Under the pieces are notes generated by a model. It had not been told where the DNA came from and searched no databases. It worked only from the letters and a program-made list of their open reading frames with translations. A stretch of DNA of 64,000 nucleotides from Acidobacteriota bacterium (GTDB taxonomy: Bacteria > Acidobacteriota > UBA6911): positions 927 through 64,926 of the forward strand of contig JAFGIY010000199.1 of NCBI GenBank assembly GCA_016929335.1. Reading direction: 5' to 3'. Position 1 is the first letter of the stretch. Each line of letters starts with the position of its first letter. The position numbers and the translations under genes are program-made. Shown here in pieces: positions 29,272-38,949 of the stretch.

Positions 29272-30036
29272 ATGTCTCTCCCACAACCTGCTCCCGAAAC
29301 CCTTTCCATCCGAGAAGCCATAGTCCGTAAGGCCCTTGAGGCTGTCTATCAGGGCGCTCATTATCTGACCGGATGCTATGGAGCCTATCCGGAAAGCAGC
29401 GATCCGGTAGTCGGCCGAGAGCTGTATCTTATTGAGGATCCTACCCTTGAAAATCTTGGAGTTCACGCGGCCGAGATACGGCAGCCCAAGGTTTACCGCT
29501 GTGCAGGTCGCTACGAAGCGGCCGGCGGCCGCCCGCTCGATCCCGATATTAGAGCCGACCGCCAGCTGTTAAGGGACTATGAGCTCCATAACTGTGGATC
29601 GCTGCCCGGCCATTACTCCGATATCGGGGGGCTTTATCCGCGCCGCGTTCAGCATCCCACCACATACAAAGACTGGTATGTGCTTGGCGAGAATTGTCAT
29701 AACAAAATGCATTTCGATTGTATCGGTTTTGTAAATTGGGCAGTCAGCCAGGTAGTCGGCCTGCCGATTCAATTTGGCATTCGAATGTGGGCGAACAGCA
29801 ACATCGCTCCCGTGACAGTGGAGGATATACCCTTTACGGAGCTTTTGCCCGGCGATATCCTTACGCGATTGAATTCCACACCGGAGCATATTGCCATCGT
29901 TGGCCACGGTAACAGACTTATTCAGGCGGCCGGTTTTGCTCAGGGAGTGGTTGATACTCCGATTGGCGCCGATTATCAGAAGCATTCCCGAATCACGAAC
30001 CGATGGCTTTTGCGCCCTGTCATCCACAGCAGGTAA
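29272..30036 (+). CDS. Hypothetical protein, possibly an NlpC/P60-like cysteine hydrolase without a signal peptide
   Basis: 254 aa with a GAGGAG RBS. A candidate catalytic Cys sits in FDCIGFVNWAVSQV and a candidate His in GDILTRLNSTPEHIAIVGHG. This resembles the NlpC/P60 Cys...His arrangement. Confidence 0.5.
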   Translation: MSLPQPAPETLSIREAIVRKALEAVYQGAHYLTGCYGAYPESSDPVVGRELYLIEDPTLENLGVHAAEIRQPKVYRCAGRYEAAGGRPLDPDIRADRQLLRDYELHNCGSLPGHYSDIGGLYPRRVQHPTTYKDWYVLGENCHNKMHFDCIGFVNWAVSQVVGLPIQFGIRMWANSNIAPVTVEDIPFTELLPGDILTRLNSTPEHIAIVGHGNRLIQAAGFAQGVVDTPIGADYQKHSRITNRWLLRPVIHSR

Positions 30037-30084
30037 GTTCAGGAACGAGCAAGACTACTCCCGGATTTTACAGTCTGCCGGCTA

Positions 30085-31461
30085 TTGTGTAACTTTCTTC
30101 TTCATGATAAACATGAGGCCGTGGATCTTTTCTCGCAGCGCAAGATTTACACAGTCTACGACATCACATCCGTAATCAAGCGTTCCCTTGATGATCTGGG
30201 CATCGTCTGGATACAGGGGGAGATCTCCAATTTCAAGCGTCATACTTCCGGTCATTTGTATTTTTCTCTTAAGGATTCGCGCGCTCAAATAAAGGCCGCC
30301 TGTTTCAAAAACAACAACATGTATCTGAAATTTCGCCCCGAAGACGGGATGGAGGTTGTCGCTCGAGGGCGGCTGAGCGTGTATGAACCGAGGGGGGACT
30401 ATCAGATAATCGTGGAGTATATGGAGCCCGTCGGGCTGGGCTCACTCCAGCTTGCGTTCGATCAACTGAAAGAAAAGCTTCGCAAAGAGGGTTTGTTCGA
30501 TGAAGCCCGCAAGGTTCCGCTGCCTCTGCTTCCGCGGAAGGTAGGCATTGTCACTTCTCCGACAGGAGCAGCGGTGCGGGATATGCTGAGGATCCTGAAG
30601 CGGCGCAATGCGTCCCTGGACGTACTCCTATTCCCGGTTAAGGTCCAGGGGCAGGGAGCGGCTGAAGAGATCGCGCGGGGGATCCGTTATCTGAACGGCC
30701 GCCGGGATGTGGATGTTATTATCATTGGCCGGGGCGGAGGCTCGATTGAAGATCTCTGGGCGTTTAATGAGGAAATTGTCGCAAGGGCGATTTACGATTC
30801 CGAGCTCCCTCTGATTTCTGCGGTCGGACACGAGGTGGATTTTACGATCTCGGATTTTGTGGCGGATTTGAGAGCTCCGACTCCGTCTGCGGCGGCTGAA
30901 CTGGTATCCGGCGCGCGCGAAGATCTGAGGGTAAGCGTGAATTCTCTTAGAGGAAGGCTTTTTCAGTCGATCCGCATAGGACTGGACCAGCGCCGCCTCC
31001 GGCTCGAACGGCTGGCGCATAACAAGGCATTCACAGTAGCTCCGAACAAGATTCGCGACCTGGAACAGCGATTTGACGAGAGCACTCTGCGGATGACACA
31101 GGCAATGCACCGGTTTGCTCATGAGGTCCGGCATCGGGAACAGATGCTCTCGTCGCGGCTGAGATCGCTTGATCTGCGCCGGTTTATTACTCACAGAAAA
31201 GATCTGGTGGCGCGCGACTACCTGGGCCTGACGTCGGCGATCAGAGTGCTTCTCCATCGGCAGCGGTCCCGATTCGAGCTCGCAGTCGGAAAAATCGACG
31301 CGCTCAGCCCGCTGGCCATTTTAGGACGCGGCTTCGCCCTTTGCCGTGATTCCAAAGGCGCTATCGTCAAGAAGTCCTCCGATGTCGCCGTGGGAGAATT
31401 GGTTCGAGTCACACTGGCCGCAGGCGAACTGGACTGCCGCATTGAACAGATTGACGATTGA
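30085..31461 (+). CDS. xseA: Exodeoxyribonuclease VII large subunit
   Basis: 458 aa: VWIQGEISNFKRHTSGHLYFSLKD, VGIVTSPTGAA, IIIGRGGGSIEDLWAFN and a coiled-coil C-terminal region. The start (TTG at 30085) is uncertain. The last codons (..IDD stop) lie inside the heptamer repeat. Confidence 0.92.
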   Translation: MCNFLLHDKHEAVDLFSQRKIYTVYDITSVIKRSLDDLGIVWIQGEISNFKRHTSGHLYFSLKDSRAQIKAACFKNNNMYLKFRPEDGMEVVARGRLSVYEPRGDYQIIVEYMEPVGLGSLQLAFDQLKEKLRKEGLFDEARKVPLPLLPRKVGIVTSPTGAAVRDMLRILKRRNASLDVLLFPVKVQGQGAAEEIARGIRYLNGRRDVDVIIIGRGGGSIEDLWAFNEEIVARAIYDSELPLISAVGHEVDFTISDFVADLRAPTPSAAAELVSGAREDLRVSVNSLRGRLFQSIRIGLDQRRLRLERLAHNKAFTVAPNKIRDLEQRFDESTLRMTQAMHRFAHEVRHREQMLSSRLRSLDLRRFITHRKDLVARDYLGLTSAIRVLLHRQRSRFELAVGKIDALSPLAILGRGFALCRDSKGAIVKKSSDVAVGELVRVTLAAGELDCRIEQIDD

Positions 31462-31533
31462 CGATTTACGATTGACGATTTTCGAATGGCAGTGGATTCA
31501 AATCGTCAATCGTCAATCCAAAATCGTCAATTG
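31450..31533. repeat. Heptamer-repeat hairpin (ATTGACG/ATTTACG arms), copy 1
   Basis: The left arm is attgacg|attgacg|atttacg|attgacg|atttt. The right arm is aaatcgt|caatcgt|caatcca|aaatcgt|caatt. 31468..31481 is perfectly complementary to 31500..31513. The element spans the xseA stop and ends 14 nt before the xseB ATG. Confidence 0.9.
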
Positions 31534-31546
31534 CCAGGGGGGGGTT

Positions 31547-31795
31547 ATGGAACTGAAGGTGAAGGATTTTGAGTCGGCGCTCAAATCGCTCGAAGACATC
31601 GTCGCCCAGCTTGAAGCGGGCGACCTGACGCTCGATCGTGCTCTGGAGCTTTTTGAAGAAGGCATCAAGGTAAGCCGCTTCTGCAGCTCGAAGCTGGAGG
31701 AAGCGGAGCGAAAAGTTGAAGTACTCGTTAAAACGGCATCCGGAGAAATGAAGGAAATGCCCTTTTCTGAAGATGCCGAGGGGAACGAACCCTGA
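31547..31795 (+). CDS. xseB: Exodeoxyribonuclease VII small subunit
   Basis: The internal ATG of ORF 31346..31795 gives MELKVKDFESALKSLEDIVAQLEAGDLTLDRALELFEEGIKVSRFCSSKLEEAERKVEVL, typical of XseB. The upstream part of that ORF is repeat-derived. Confidence 0.9.
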   Translation: MELKVKDFESALKSLEDIVAQLEAGDLTLDRALELFEEGIKVSRFCSSKLEEAERKVEVLVKTASGEMKEMPFSEDAEGNEP

Positions 31796-31798
31796 CTT

Positions 31799-31886
31799 AA
31801 TTTACGATTGACGATTTACGATTGACGATTAAAAACACTCCGGGGCGCAAATCGTCAATTTTCAATCTTCAATCATCAATCGAAAT
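31799..31886. repeat. Heptamer-repeat hairpin (ATTGACG/ATTTACG arms), copy 2
   Basis: The left arm is aatttacg|attgacg|atttacg|attgacg|att. The right arm is aaatcgt|caatttt|caatctt|caatcat|caatcga|aat. 31821..31830 is complementary to 31850..31859. The element fills the xseB-ispA gap. Confidence 0.9.
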
Positions 31887-31888
31887 CC

Positions 31889-32773
31889 ATGGACATAAGC
31901 ACATACCTGTCGGAATCAAAGAAACTCGTAGATGAGTATTTGATGAAGCTTTTGCCGGCGGAGGGGATGGAACCTCCGACGATTCACAAAGCCATGCGCT
32001 ACTCGGTATTTGCCGGCGGGAAACGTGTGAGGCCGATCCTCGTGCTCGCTTCGGGCGAAAGCCTGAATGGAGACCGCGAGGTTCTCCTGTCGCTGGGTGC
32101 GGCCATCGAAATGATGCATACCTATTCGTTGATCCATGATGATCTGCCTGCACTGGATAACGACGATCTCCGAAGAGGCGTGCCTACCTGCCACAAAGTA
32201 TTCGGCGAAGCCATGGCCATCCTGGCCGGCGACGCACTGTTAACGCGCTGCTATGAGGTCCTGGCTGATCTCCCCAGGCTTTCCGACACTACCCGGCTCA
32301 GCATCATACGCGACATTGCCGCAGCGACAGGCACTATCAACGGAATGATCGGCGGACAGGTTGTCGATCTGGAATCGGAAGGCAAGCCTGTTAATCCTCG
32401 TATCCTGGAATACCTGCATTCCTCCAAAACGGGAGCTTTGCTGAAAGCCTGTGTCCGATGCGGCGCCCTGGCGGCAGGTGCTGATGAAAGGGCTCTGAAT
32501 GCCTTGACGGAGTTCGGCAGCAAGATCGGACTGGTTTTTCAGATTGTGGATGACATTCTTGATATTACTTCCAGCAGCGAAATTCTGGGCAAGACGGCGG
32601 GCAAGGATGAAAAGGCCAAAAAGGCGACCTATCCGGCCTTCTATGGACTGGAGGCATCCAGAAACAAAGCGAATGATCTGGTAGCTCTGGCGCTGGAGGA
32701 TATCCGGGATTTCGGTGAAGAGGCGGAAATCCTGCGCAGCCTTGCCCGATTCATTGTCAGTCGCACTGCATGA
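31889..32773 (+). CDS. ispA: Polyprenyl (farnesyl/geranylgeranyl) diphosphate synthase
   Basis: 294 aa with the first Asp-rich motif LIHDDLPALDNDDLRRG and the second FQIVDDILD. Confidence 0.93.
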   Translation: MDISTYLSESKKLVDEYLMKLLPAEGMEPPTIHKAMRYSVFAGGKRVRPILVLASGESLNGDREVLLSLGAAIEMMHTYSLIHDDLPALDNDDLRRGVPTCHKVFGEAMAILAGDALLTRCYEVLADLPRLSDTTRLSIIRDIAAATGTINGMIGGQVVDLESEGKPVNPRILEYLHSSKTGALLKACVRCGALAAGADERALNALTEFGSKIGLVFQIVDDILDITSSSEILGKTAGKDEKAKKATYPAFYGLEASRNKANDLVALALEDIRDFGEEAEILRSLARFIVSRTA

Positions 32774-32777
32774 ATGG

Positions 32778-33557
32778 ATGAAACGACGTATCGATCAATT
32801 GCTGGTGGAATGTGGATTTGCCGAGAGCCGGCACAAAGCCCAGGCTCTGCTGCTTGCGGGCCGGATTCTGGTAAATGGACAAAAGATTGAGAAGCCCGGC
32901 CAGCAGGTAGATGCAGATGCCGGTATTCGTGTCCTCGGGCAGCTTCGTTTTGTCAGCCGGGCGGGCGGCAAGCTTCAGGCGGCGTTGGATCACTTTCAAA
33001 TCCCAATTGGCGGCCGCGTGTGCGCAGACCTCGGAGCTTCTACGGGCGGTTTCACGGATTGCCTTCTTCAGAACGGCGCAGTCAGAGTGTATGCCTTTGA
33101 TGTAGGACACGGGCAACTGGACTGGAAACTGCAATCTGATCCGAGGGTTGTCGTTCGCGATAAATTCAATGTCCGTAATCTCAGTCCGGCCGATCTGCCC
33201 GCCGATATCACGTTCATCTGTATCGATCTTTCCTTTATCTCCGTCACCAAGATTCTGCTCCCGCTGAAAGCCTGTCTCCTCGAAAGAAAATATTTAACAG
33301 ACGGCCTGACGCCGGAACCCCCCGTTGATATTGTCGTCCTGGTCAAACCCCAGTTTGAAGTCGGCAAGGGCGAAGTAGGGAAGGGAGGCATTGTACGGGA
33401 TCCGGGGAAACGCCTCGAAGCGCTGAAAACGGTTGAAAATTTTTCGGGCCGGGCCGGATATCGAATCGTCGGCAATATTTCTTCGCCGATAGCCGGTGCG
33501 GAGGGAAATAGGGAGTTTTTGTTGTACCTTCAGATTATAAAGGGATTATTATCCTAG
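32778..33557 (+). CDS. tlyA: TlyA-family rRNA (cytidine-2'-O)-methyltransferase
   Basis: The preferred ATG at 32778 (MKRRIDQLLVECGFAESRHKAQALLLAGRILVNG, S4 domain) lies just after the ispA stop. The SAM motif DLGASTGGFTDCLLQNGA is present. Confidence 0.9.
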   Translation: MKRRIDQLLVECGFAESRHKAQALLLAGRILVNGQKIEKPGQQVDADAGIRVLGQLRFVSRAGGKLQAALDHFQIPIGGRVCADLGASTGGFTDCLLQNGAVRVYAFDVGHGQLDWKLQSDPRVVVRDKFNVRNLSPADLPADITFICIDLSFISVTKILLPLKACLLERKYLTDGLTPEPPVDIVVLVKPQFEVGKGEVGKGGIVRDPGKRLEALKTVENFSGRAGYRIVGNISSPIAGAEGNREFLLYLQIIKGLLS

Positions 33558-33559
33558 CC

Positions 33560-34420
33560 ATGAACTCTCCAATACGAAGCATCGGCATGATTTTCAAAAA
33601 GCAGGATGCCCGCATTCAGGGCATAGCGGGCGATATCATTCCCTGGCTGCAATCACGGGGTGTCGATGTTTTTCTTGACCGGGCGCTGGCCGATCTGTGC
33701 CGGGTTAAGGCATGCTTTGCCGTGCCTGAAGAATTCGTAAGACAAGTGGATATCGTGAGTGTTTTCGGTGGCGACGGGACGCTGCTTTATGTGGCTCGGC
33801 TCATCGGCGCAACAGGAGTCCCCATACTCGGCGTCAATCTCGGATCACTCGGCTTTCTTACGGAAGTGAAACTGGATGAGATGCATGCGGCTTTTGAAGG
33901 TTTGATTTCCGGGCAATACCGGCTGGAAGACCGCATGCTTCTGAATGTCGAGGTTGTGCGGAATGGCGAATCCATAGCGCAATACCTGGCGCTGAACGAT
34001 GCCGTTATAAACAAGGGCGCATTAGCCCGTATCATCGACCTGGAAGTCAGTGTGAACTCGCAGCAGGTGCTTTATACGCGCGCTGATGGACTGATTATCT
34101 CTTCGCCAACCGGTTCCACCGCCTATTCTCTTTCAGCCGGCGGCCCCATCTTGTATCCGACGCTGGAAGCTTTCATTATCACCCCCATATGCCCGCATGC
34201 ACTGGCTAATCGTCCGATCGTTATTCCTGACCGGGATTCCGTCGGCGTCTGTTTACGCCACGGCACGGATGTCATGCTTACGGTCGATGGTCAGGTCGGG
34301 ATGCCGCTGAAGCAGCAGGACAACCTTTTCATCCGCAGAGCTGAATCAACATTGCGGTTGGCGTTGCCCTTCGGAAGCACTTTTTTCAAACTGTTGCGCG
34401 AAAAGCTGAGATGGGGATAG
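33560..34420 (+). CDS. nadK: NAD(+) kinase
   Basis: 286 aa: GGDGTLL, NLGSLGFL and SSPTGSTAYSLSAGGPI. Confidence 0.95.
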   Translation: MNSPIRSIGMIFKKQDARIQGIAGDIIPWLQSRGVDVFLDRALADLCRVKACFAVPEEFVRQVDIVSVFGGDGTLLYVARLIGATGVPILGVNLGSLGFLTEVKLDEMHAAFEGLISGQYRLEDRMLLNVEVVRNGESIAQYLALNDAVINKGALARIIDLEVSVNSQQVLYTRADGLIISSPTGSTAYSLSAGGPILYPTLEAFIITPICPHALANRPIVIPDRDSVGVCLRHGTDVMLTVDGQVGMPLKQQDNLFIRRAESTLRLALPFGSTFFKLLREKLRWG

Positions 34421-34440
34421 GAAGGATTCGGAATTCGAAT

Positions 34441-35073
34441 CTAGAATTTCAAATCCTGAATTAAATCGATTCCGGATCGGCGGCACAGTTTTTCGAAAGC
34501 TGAAATCGGGAATCCCACGATATTGAAATAACAGCCCTCAATCCTGTCGATGAAAAGGGATGCGTAGCCTTGAATGCCGTAAGCTCCGGCTTTGTCTCTA
34601 TATTCTCCGCTTTTCAGATACCAGTCGATCTCGGCTGAAGACAGCCGGCGAAAGCGAACGCGGGTCCGGCCGAACGTGGTACGGGCGCGATTCCGCGCGC
34701 AATCCAGAAGACAGATGCCGGTAATCACCTCATGCCATCGGCCGCTGAGCCGGCGGATCATGTGCCGGGCTTCCGTCGGGATTTCAGGTTTTCCCAGGAT
34801 ATCATCTCCCAGCACGACGATTGTATCGGCGCTGAGTATCCGGCCGGACCGATGCCTTCCGGATACTTCCCGGGCCTTAAAGCGAGCCAGTCGCACAGCG
34901 TAGTTCGAAGGCGTTTCCCGTGGACGACGCGGAGGTTCGATCAGGCCGCATGGATCGATGACGAAAAGCAGTCCCAGGCCGCTCAAAATTTCGCTGCGGC
35001 GCGGGGAAGCAGAGGCCAGGATCCATTTTGGCTTCGTTCGGCTTCCCCGTATCACTTTTCCGGAATTCTTCAC
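34441..35073 (-). CDS. maf: Maf-family nucleoside triphosphate pyrophosphatase
   Basis: 210 aa: ILASASPRRSEIL, ADTIV, DKAGAYGIQG. Confidence 0.93.
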   Translation of the reverse strand: MKNSGKVIRGSRTKPKWILASASPRRSEILSGLGLLFVIDPCGLIEPPRRPRETPSNYAVRLARFKAREVSGRHRSGRILSADTIVVLGDDILGKPEIPTEARHMIRRLSGRWHEVITGICLLDCARNRARTTFGRTRVRFRRLSSAEIDWYLKSGEYRDKAGAYGIQGYASLFIDRIEGCYFNIVGFPISAFEKLCRRSGIDLIQDLKF

Positions 35074-35082
35074 GGATATTCT

Positions 35083-38000
35083 TTAAAATTGCAGCCGCAA
35101 AGCTACCTGAAGCGAACGCGGGCTGCCCTGCGTCCTGCGGATGATTCCGAAAATGGAACTGTCGATGTCGGTATTCGGCAGGCCGAAATGTGTGTTGTTG
35201 AATACATTGTAGGCCTCCGCCCGGAACTGCACGTATCTTTTTTCTCCGATATGAAATCTTTTGTGGATTACCGCGTCCATATTGAAGTATCGCGGTCCCA
35301 CGAAAGTATTCCGTCCGGAAGAAGCGGCTTCGCCGGCATCCGGGTGCGTAAACAGCAGGGCTTGATCCGGATTAAACCAGTAGATATTTCCGGAAAATTT
35401 GTAGATGGTGCCTATCGTGCGTTTGCCCTCTAAATTTGCCAGACTGGATACGTCGGCAAACAGATTTTGCCGGCCCGAATAGACGCTGAAACGCTGCCCG
35501 CTTTCCCATAACATAATGGATCCCAGATTCCATCCTCCAAAAACCCAGTCGATCCACTTCGGCGTTTCGGAATCGGGATTCCGGGTTCTTCCGTAAGGAA
35601 GTGCATAGTCAAAGACGGCGTTCCAGACATGCGTTCTGTGAAAATCGCTCGGAGCCTTGTCGATTTCCGGCTGGAAGCTGTCGGAAGGATTCACGTACGT
35701 GTTGCCGTCCGATGAGATTGTATCCAGGCTCTTGCTCCAGGTGTAATAGGTCTGGAAATGCAAATTGTTGGTTGCTTTGCGTATGCCAAGACGGAAAGAA
35801 TCAAACCATGATTCGGCGGAGTTGGATCCGTACAAAAATCCGTCGAACTGAGGAAAGTTGCGGATATAAAAATCGGAGACCCCCGCGGCAGCATAATCGC
35901 CGAAGCAATTGAGGTCCAGTTCATTGGCCGCGATGCCTGCTTCTCCGCTGTCGAAATTCGCGCCATCCAGGGCTTCAAAAGCGGCAAGAGGGTAGCCGAA
36001 AATACGGAGGAGAGTGTTGGAATCCGGAACCGGCGTGCCCTCATCCCGGTATTGCTTCAATTCCTTGTAAGCCTGCAGGAAGTCGCCCCTGGTCTTGGTT
36101 TGATTCAGATTGACGTATTGGAAGAGGTCCTTTCCGCGCGTTGCGGAATAACCCAGGTCGAACAGAAGACCCCACAGCTTTTTTTCCAGTGTTAGACTAA
36201 ATTGCTCCACGCGCGGCGTTTTCAGCTCCGGATTGAGGACGGCTATCGATGTAGAGCGCGTTGCGGCAGGCGTCAGTGAGACCGGAGATGGTTGCGCCGG
36301 CAGCGGAATGCCGTCGCTCAGCCGGAAATCGCCTCCGCCTGTGTTCGGGTACAAAGTGGCGGTCTGTATAAATCCATAGCTGTTCTTGTCTACAAAGTCT
36401 GTGATTCCGCCGTGGAGATGGCTGAAATATATGCCATAAGCGCCGCGGAGCACGGTATTTCCACTTCCCATGACGTCCCATGCAAAACCGAAACGCGGCG
36501 CGAAGTTATTCCATTTTGTGGAATACCAGCTATCACGGGCCGCGACATTAAAGTCGGAGATTTCAGACGCAGGTCCGAGATCGGCAGCTTTGTCCAGTAC
36601 GGATTGGAGTCCGTTTTTCTCTTTTGGAGAAGTCATCGTTTCGAGACGCATTCCCAGATTCAATGTCAGGTTGCGGCGTATTTTCCAGTCGTCCTGTATG
36701 AAGGCGGAAAACCGGCTGGTGCTGTAATCCCTGATTCTGGCAGTACCCGCAGGAAGCGCGGATGTCAGTGTCGAGTTGAATGTCTGGTTTACGCTTTCAA
36801 TCCTTCCGAGCAGATTATTGTAAATTCTTTCGAACCATTCGCGGTCCTCGGTTGAAATTTCAAATTGCTCCTCCGGTCCGACGGAGATATCGGGAATATT
36901 TCCGTGATCCCTTCCAAATGTTACGTTGGGATAAACCCCGTCATAATCGGTTATAGTCTGCGTGCTCTTGCGGTATGAAATGCCGAATTTCAGGGAATGT
37001 CGGTTCATGGAACGGGAAAGGTTGTCCGCGATTTCAAAGGCCGGGACCTTGTAGGAGCGCGGGAAAGACGGATCCGCCGGATTGGTCCAGGAATTTGCCA
37101 GAAGCATCGGCGTGCTCAGCCGGGCAGGCCGTTTCAGCTCGATCTTCGGCTGGATGTATCCGACTCTAAATTCATTAACCGTATATGGGCTTATTGCCCA
37201 GTCGGATCCGACTGCGACGGCCCAGCTGTTGTTCACATAAGTACCGTTAAGCTCGTTGGGATACGACATCTCTGCGCCGTTCTCTGAATCGGTTGAATCG
37301 GCATCTCCGTAGTTAAAGCGGACAAAAAGCTGATGATTCGCATTCAGGTAGTGATCGATGCGAGCGGCTGCATTCTTCTGCCGGATGTCGGCCAGGGCGT
37401 CGAAACGATAGCCGGCGATATTTAAACCGTCGCCGACGGTGAAATCGTTCGGTTCGGGAACCTTTGCGAGGGCGGCGGTTATTTGAGGGTCAATTCCCAG
37501 CCCGCGAGGATCATTGGCCGCTATATCGAAGGATTTGACTGTACTGCTGTCGCGCGTTAAGTCATCCGGTGCGTACCATCGGAACAAGCCCGCTCTTGCG
37601 GTTTCCGTCAGAACAGCGCGCTCCCGGATAAGCTGCTGATCCGTGTGGTTGCCTTCAAAATTGATAAAAAAGAGGCTGTTGCCTCCAATCGGGCCGGAAA
37701 GAGTAACTCCATAGATATTGCTGGCCAGCCCGGGTCTCGGGTAGTGGAGTGTGTTGTTAAAAAAATCATTCGCATTCAAGCGCTTGTTTCTAAAATAATC
37801 ATAAACACTTCCCGTAAACGATTTCGTGCCGGAAGGCGTTGCCAGGATAAAATGCCCTCCGCCGGCGCCGCCGAATTCGGCTTTGGCCGCCGATGTAACA
37901 ATCTGGAGAGTGCTGATTGATTCGGGATTTGGGGTAAAAAAGGAAGATTGCATCGATGGGGATACCGGATCCGTAATGGAAAGGCCATCCATCATGATGC

Positions 38001-38556
38001 TGTTCATAACCTTGCGGGTGCCGCTTACCGTAGAATCGTCTTCCATGCCGTAAGCCGTCTGAACGTTTGGCTGATAAATTCCAAGAGGAAGAGGATTGCG
38101 GTCGATGAGCGGCAGAGCCTGCATATCGCGCGGCGAAAAAGCCCCGGAATTTGTTGAATCATTGATTTTCGGAGCAGCAGCGGGCGGCACTTCCTTATCA
38201 ATAGCCGAGACTTCGAAACTGAAGTTGTCAATAAGAGTATCCGGCAAGTAGATCCTGACATGCCGGTGGACTACATCTTTGAATGCCTTGGATTTGGCCG
38301 TGACGGTATAAATCCCCGGAGGCAAAGCCAGAAATCGGTAATATCCCTCGCTGTCGCTGATGGTCTCCATTTGGCGCCCGCTCGCTTCATCGACGGCCGC
38401 AAGAATAACACCTGTCAGAGGCTCGCCGGTCGGATCCCAGACGATTCCCTCAAGCCGTGCCGATGCGGTTTGGGCTCCAAGGGGAGCTGCAAACGCGGAT
38501 AGGATTAGAATGGCAATGAAAAAACTAATAATGCTGGGAGAGGCAAATCGAGTCAC
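35083..38556 (-). CDS. TonB-dependent receptor with an N-terminal carboxypeptidase-regulatory-like domain
   Basis: 1157 aa with a signal peptide and a CarboxypepD_reg-like segment (ARLEGIVWDPTGEPLTGV...GYYRFLALPPGIYTV). A long beta-barrel region follows, with a C-terminal aromatic end (...ALRLQF). Confidence 0.9.
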   Translation of the reverse strand: MTRFASPSIISFFIAILILSAFAAPLGAQTASARLEGIVWDPTGEPLTGVILAAVDEASGRQMETISDSEGYYRFLALPPGIYTVTAKSKAFKDVVHRHVRIYLPDTLIDNFSFEVSAIDKEVPPAAAPKINDSTNSGAFSPRDMQALPLIDRNPLPLGIYQPNVQTAYGMEDDSTVSGTRKVMNSIMMDGLSITDPVSPSMQSSFFTPNPESISTLQIVTSAAKAEFGGAGGGHFILATPSGTKSFTGSVYDYFRNKRLNANDFFNNTLHYPRPGLASNIYGVTLSGPIGGNSLFFINFEGNHTDQQLIRERAVLTETARAGLFRWYAPDDLTRDSSTVKSFDIAANDPRGLGIDPQITAALAKVPEPNDFTVGDGLNIAGYRFDALADIRQKNAAARIDHYLNANHQLFVRFNYGDADSTDSENGAEMSYPNELNGTYVNNSWAVAVGSDWAISPYTVNEFRVGYIQPKIELKRPARLSTPMLLANSWTNPADPSFPRSYKVPAFEIADNLSRSMNRHSLKFGISYRKSTQTITDYDGVYPNVTFGRDHGNIPDISVGPEEQFEISTEDREWFERIYNNLLGRIESVNQTFNSTLTSALPAGTARIRDYSTSRFSAFIQDDWKIRRNLTLNLGMRLETMTSPKEKNGLQSVLDKAADLGPASEISDFNVAARDSWYSTKWNNFAPRFGFAWDVMGSGNTVLRGAYGIYFSHLHGGITDFVDKNSYGFIQTATLYPNTGGGDFRLSDGIPLPAQPSPVSLTPAATRSTSIAVLNPELKTPRVEQFSLTLEKKLWGLLFDLGYSATRGKDLFQYVNLNQTKTRGDFLQAYKELKQYRDEGTPVPDSNTLLRIFGYPLAAFEALDGANFDSGEAGIAANELDLNCFGDYAAAGVSDFYIRNFPQFDGFLYGSNSAESWFDSFRLGIRKATNNLHFQTYYTWSKSLDTISSDGNTYVNPSDSFQPEIDKAPSDFHRTHVWNAVFDYALPYGRTRNPDSETPKWIDWVFGGWNLGSIMLWESGQRFSVYSGRQNLFADVSSLANLEGKRTIGTIYKFSGNIYWFNPDQALLFTHPDAGEAASSGRNTFVGPRYFNMDAVIHKRFHIGEKRYVQFRAEAYNVFNNTHFGLPNTDIDSSIFGIIRRTQGSPRSLQVALRLQF

Positions 38557-38949
38557 CCCACACCTCCTCTTTGTGAAAAATCCGGACCTGCAACGAGCAA
38601 ACCCGCTTTCAATAGAACCTTATACGAATCCCATGTACAAATGCGCAGTCAATTTTTACATTAAGTGCGATCTTTTGTCGATAGTTGCAAAGCATTTGGG
38701 CTTGATCCTCCCAATGATGTCCCAAATAATCTTCACGAAGTTTATCCCGAAGTTGGCCGAACGTCGTATATAATGAGCGCCGATTTTGAGATGTAATGCT
38801 TAATGTCCCATTCTGGGGAAGCGAAGGAGGGCACGGCTCTGAGTTTTGCCGTGAATCCCAGCCAGTGCTCTTTCGTCAGAATGGATAATATCTGGAGCTG
38901 CGAACTTATTCTGCCGCCGCCGCGAGCGGCGCTTATTTTGGAGAGCCGT

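Noticed and set aside
31346-31546. The N-terminal 67 codons of the ORF containing xseB. Comparable 5' extensions of the tlyA ORF (32715..32777) and the purQ ORF (55432..55611) were also considered.
   Set aside because: The extensions overlap the upstream genes or the heptamer repeat and have no homology. In each case an internal ATG coincides with the conserved N-terminus of the family.
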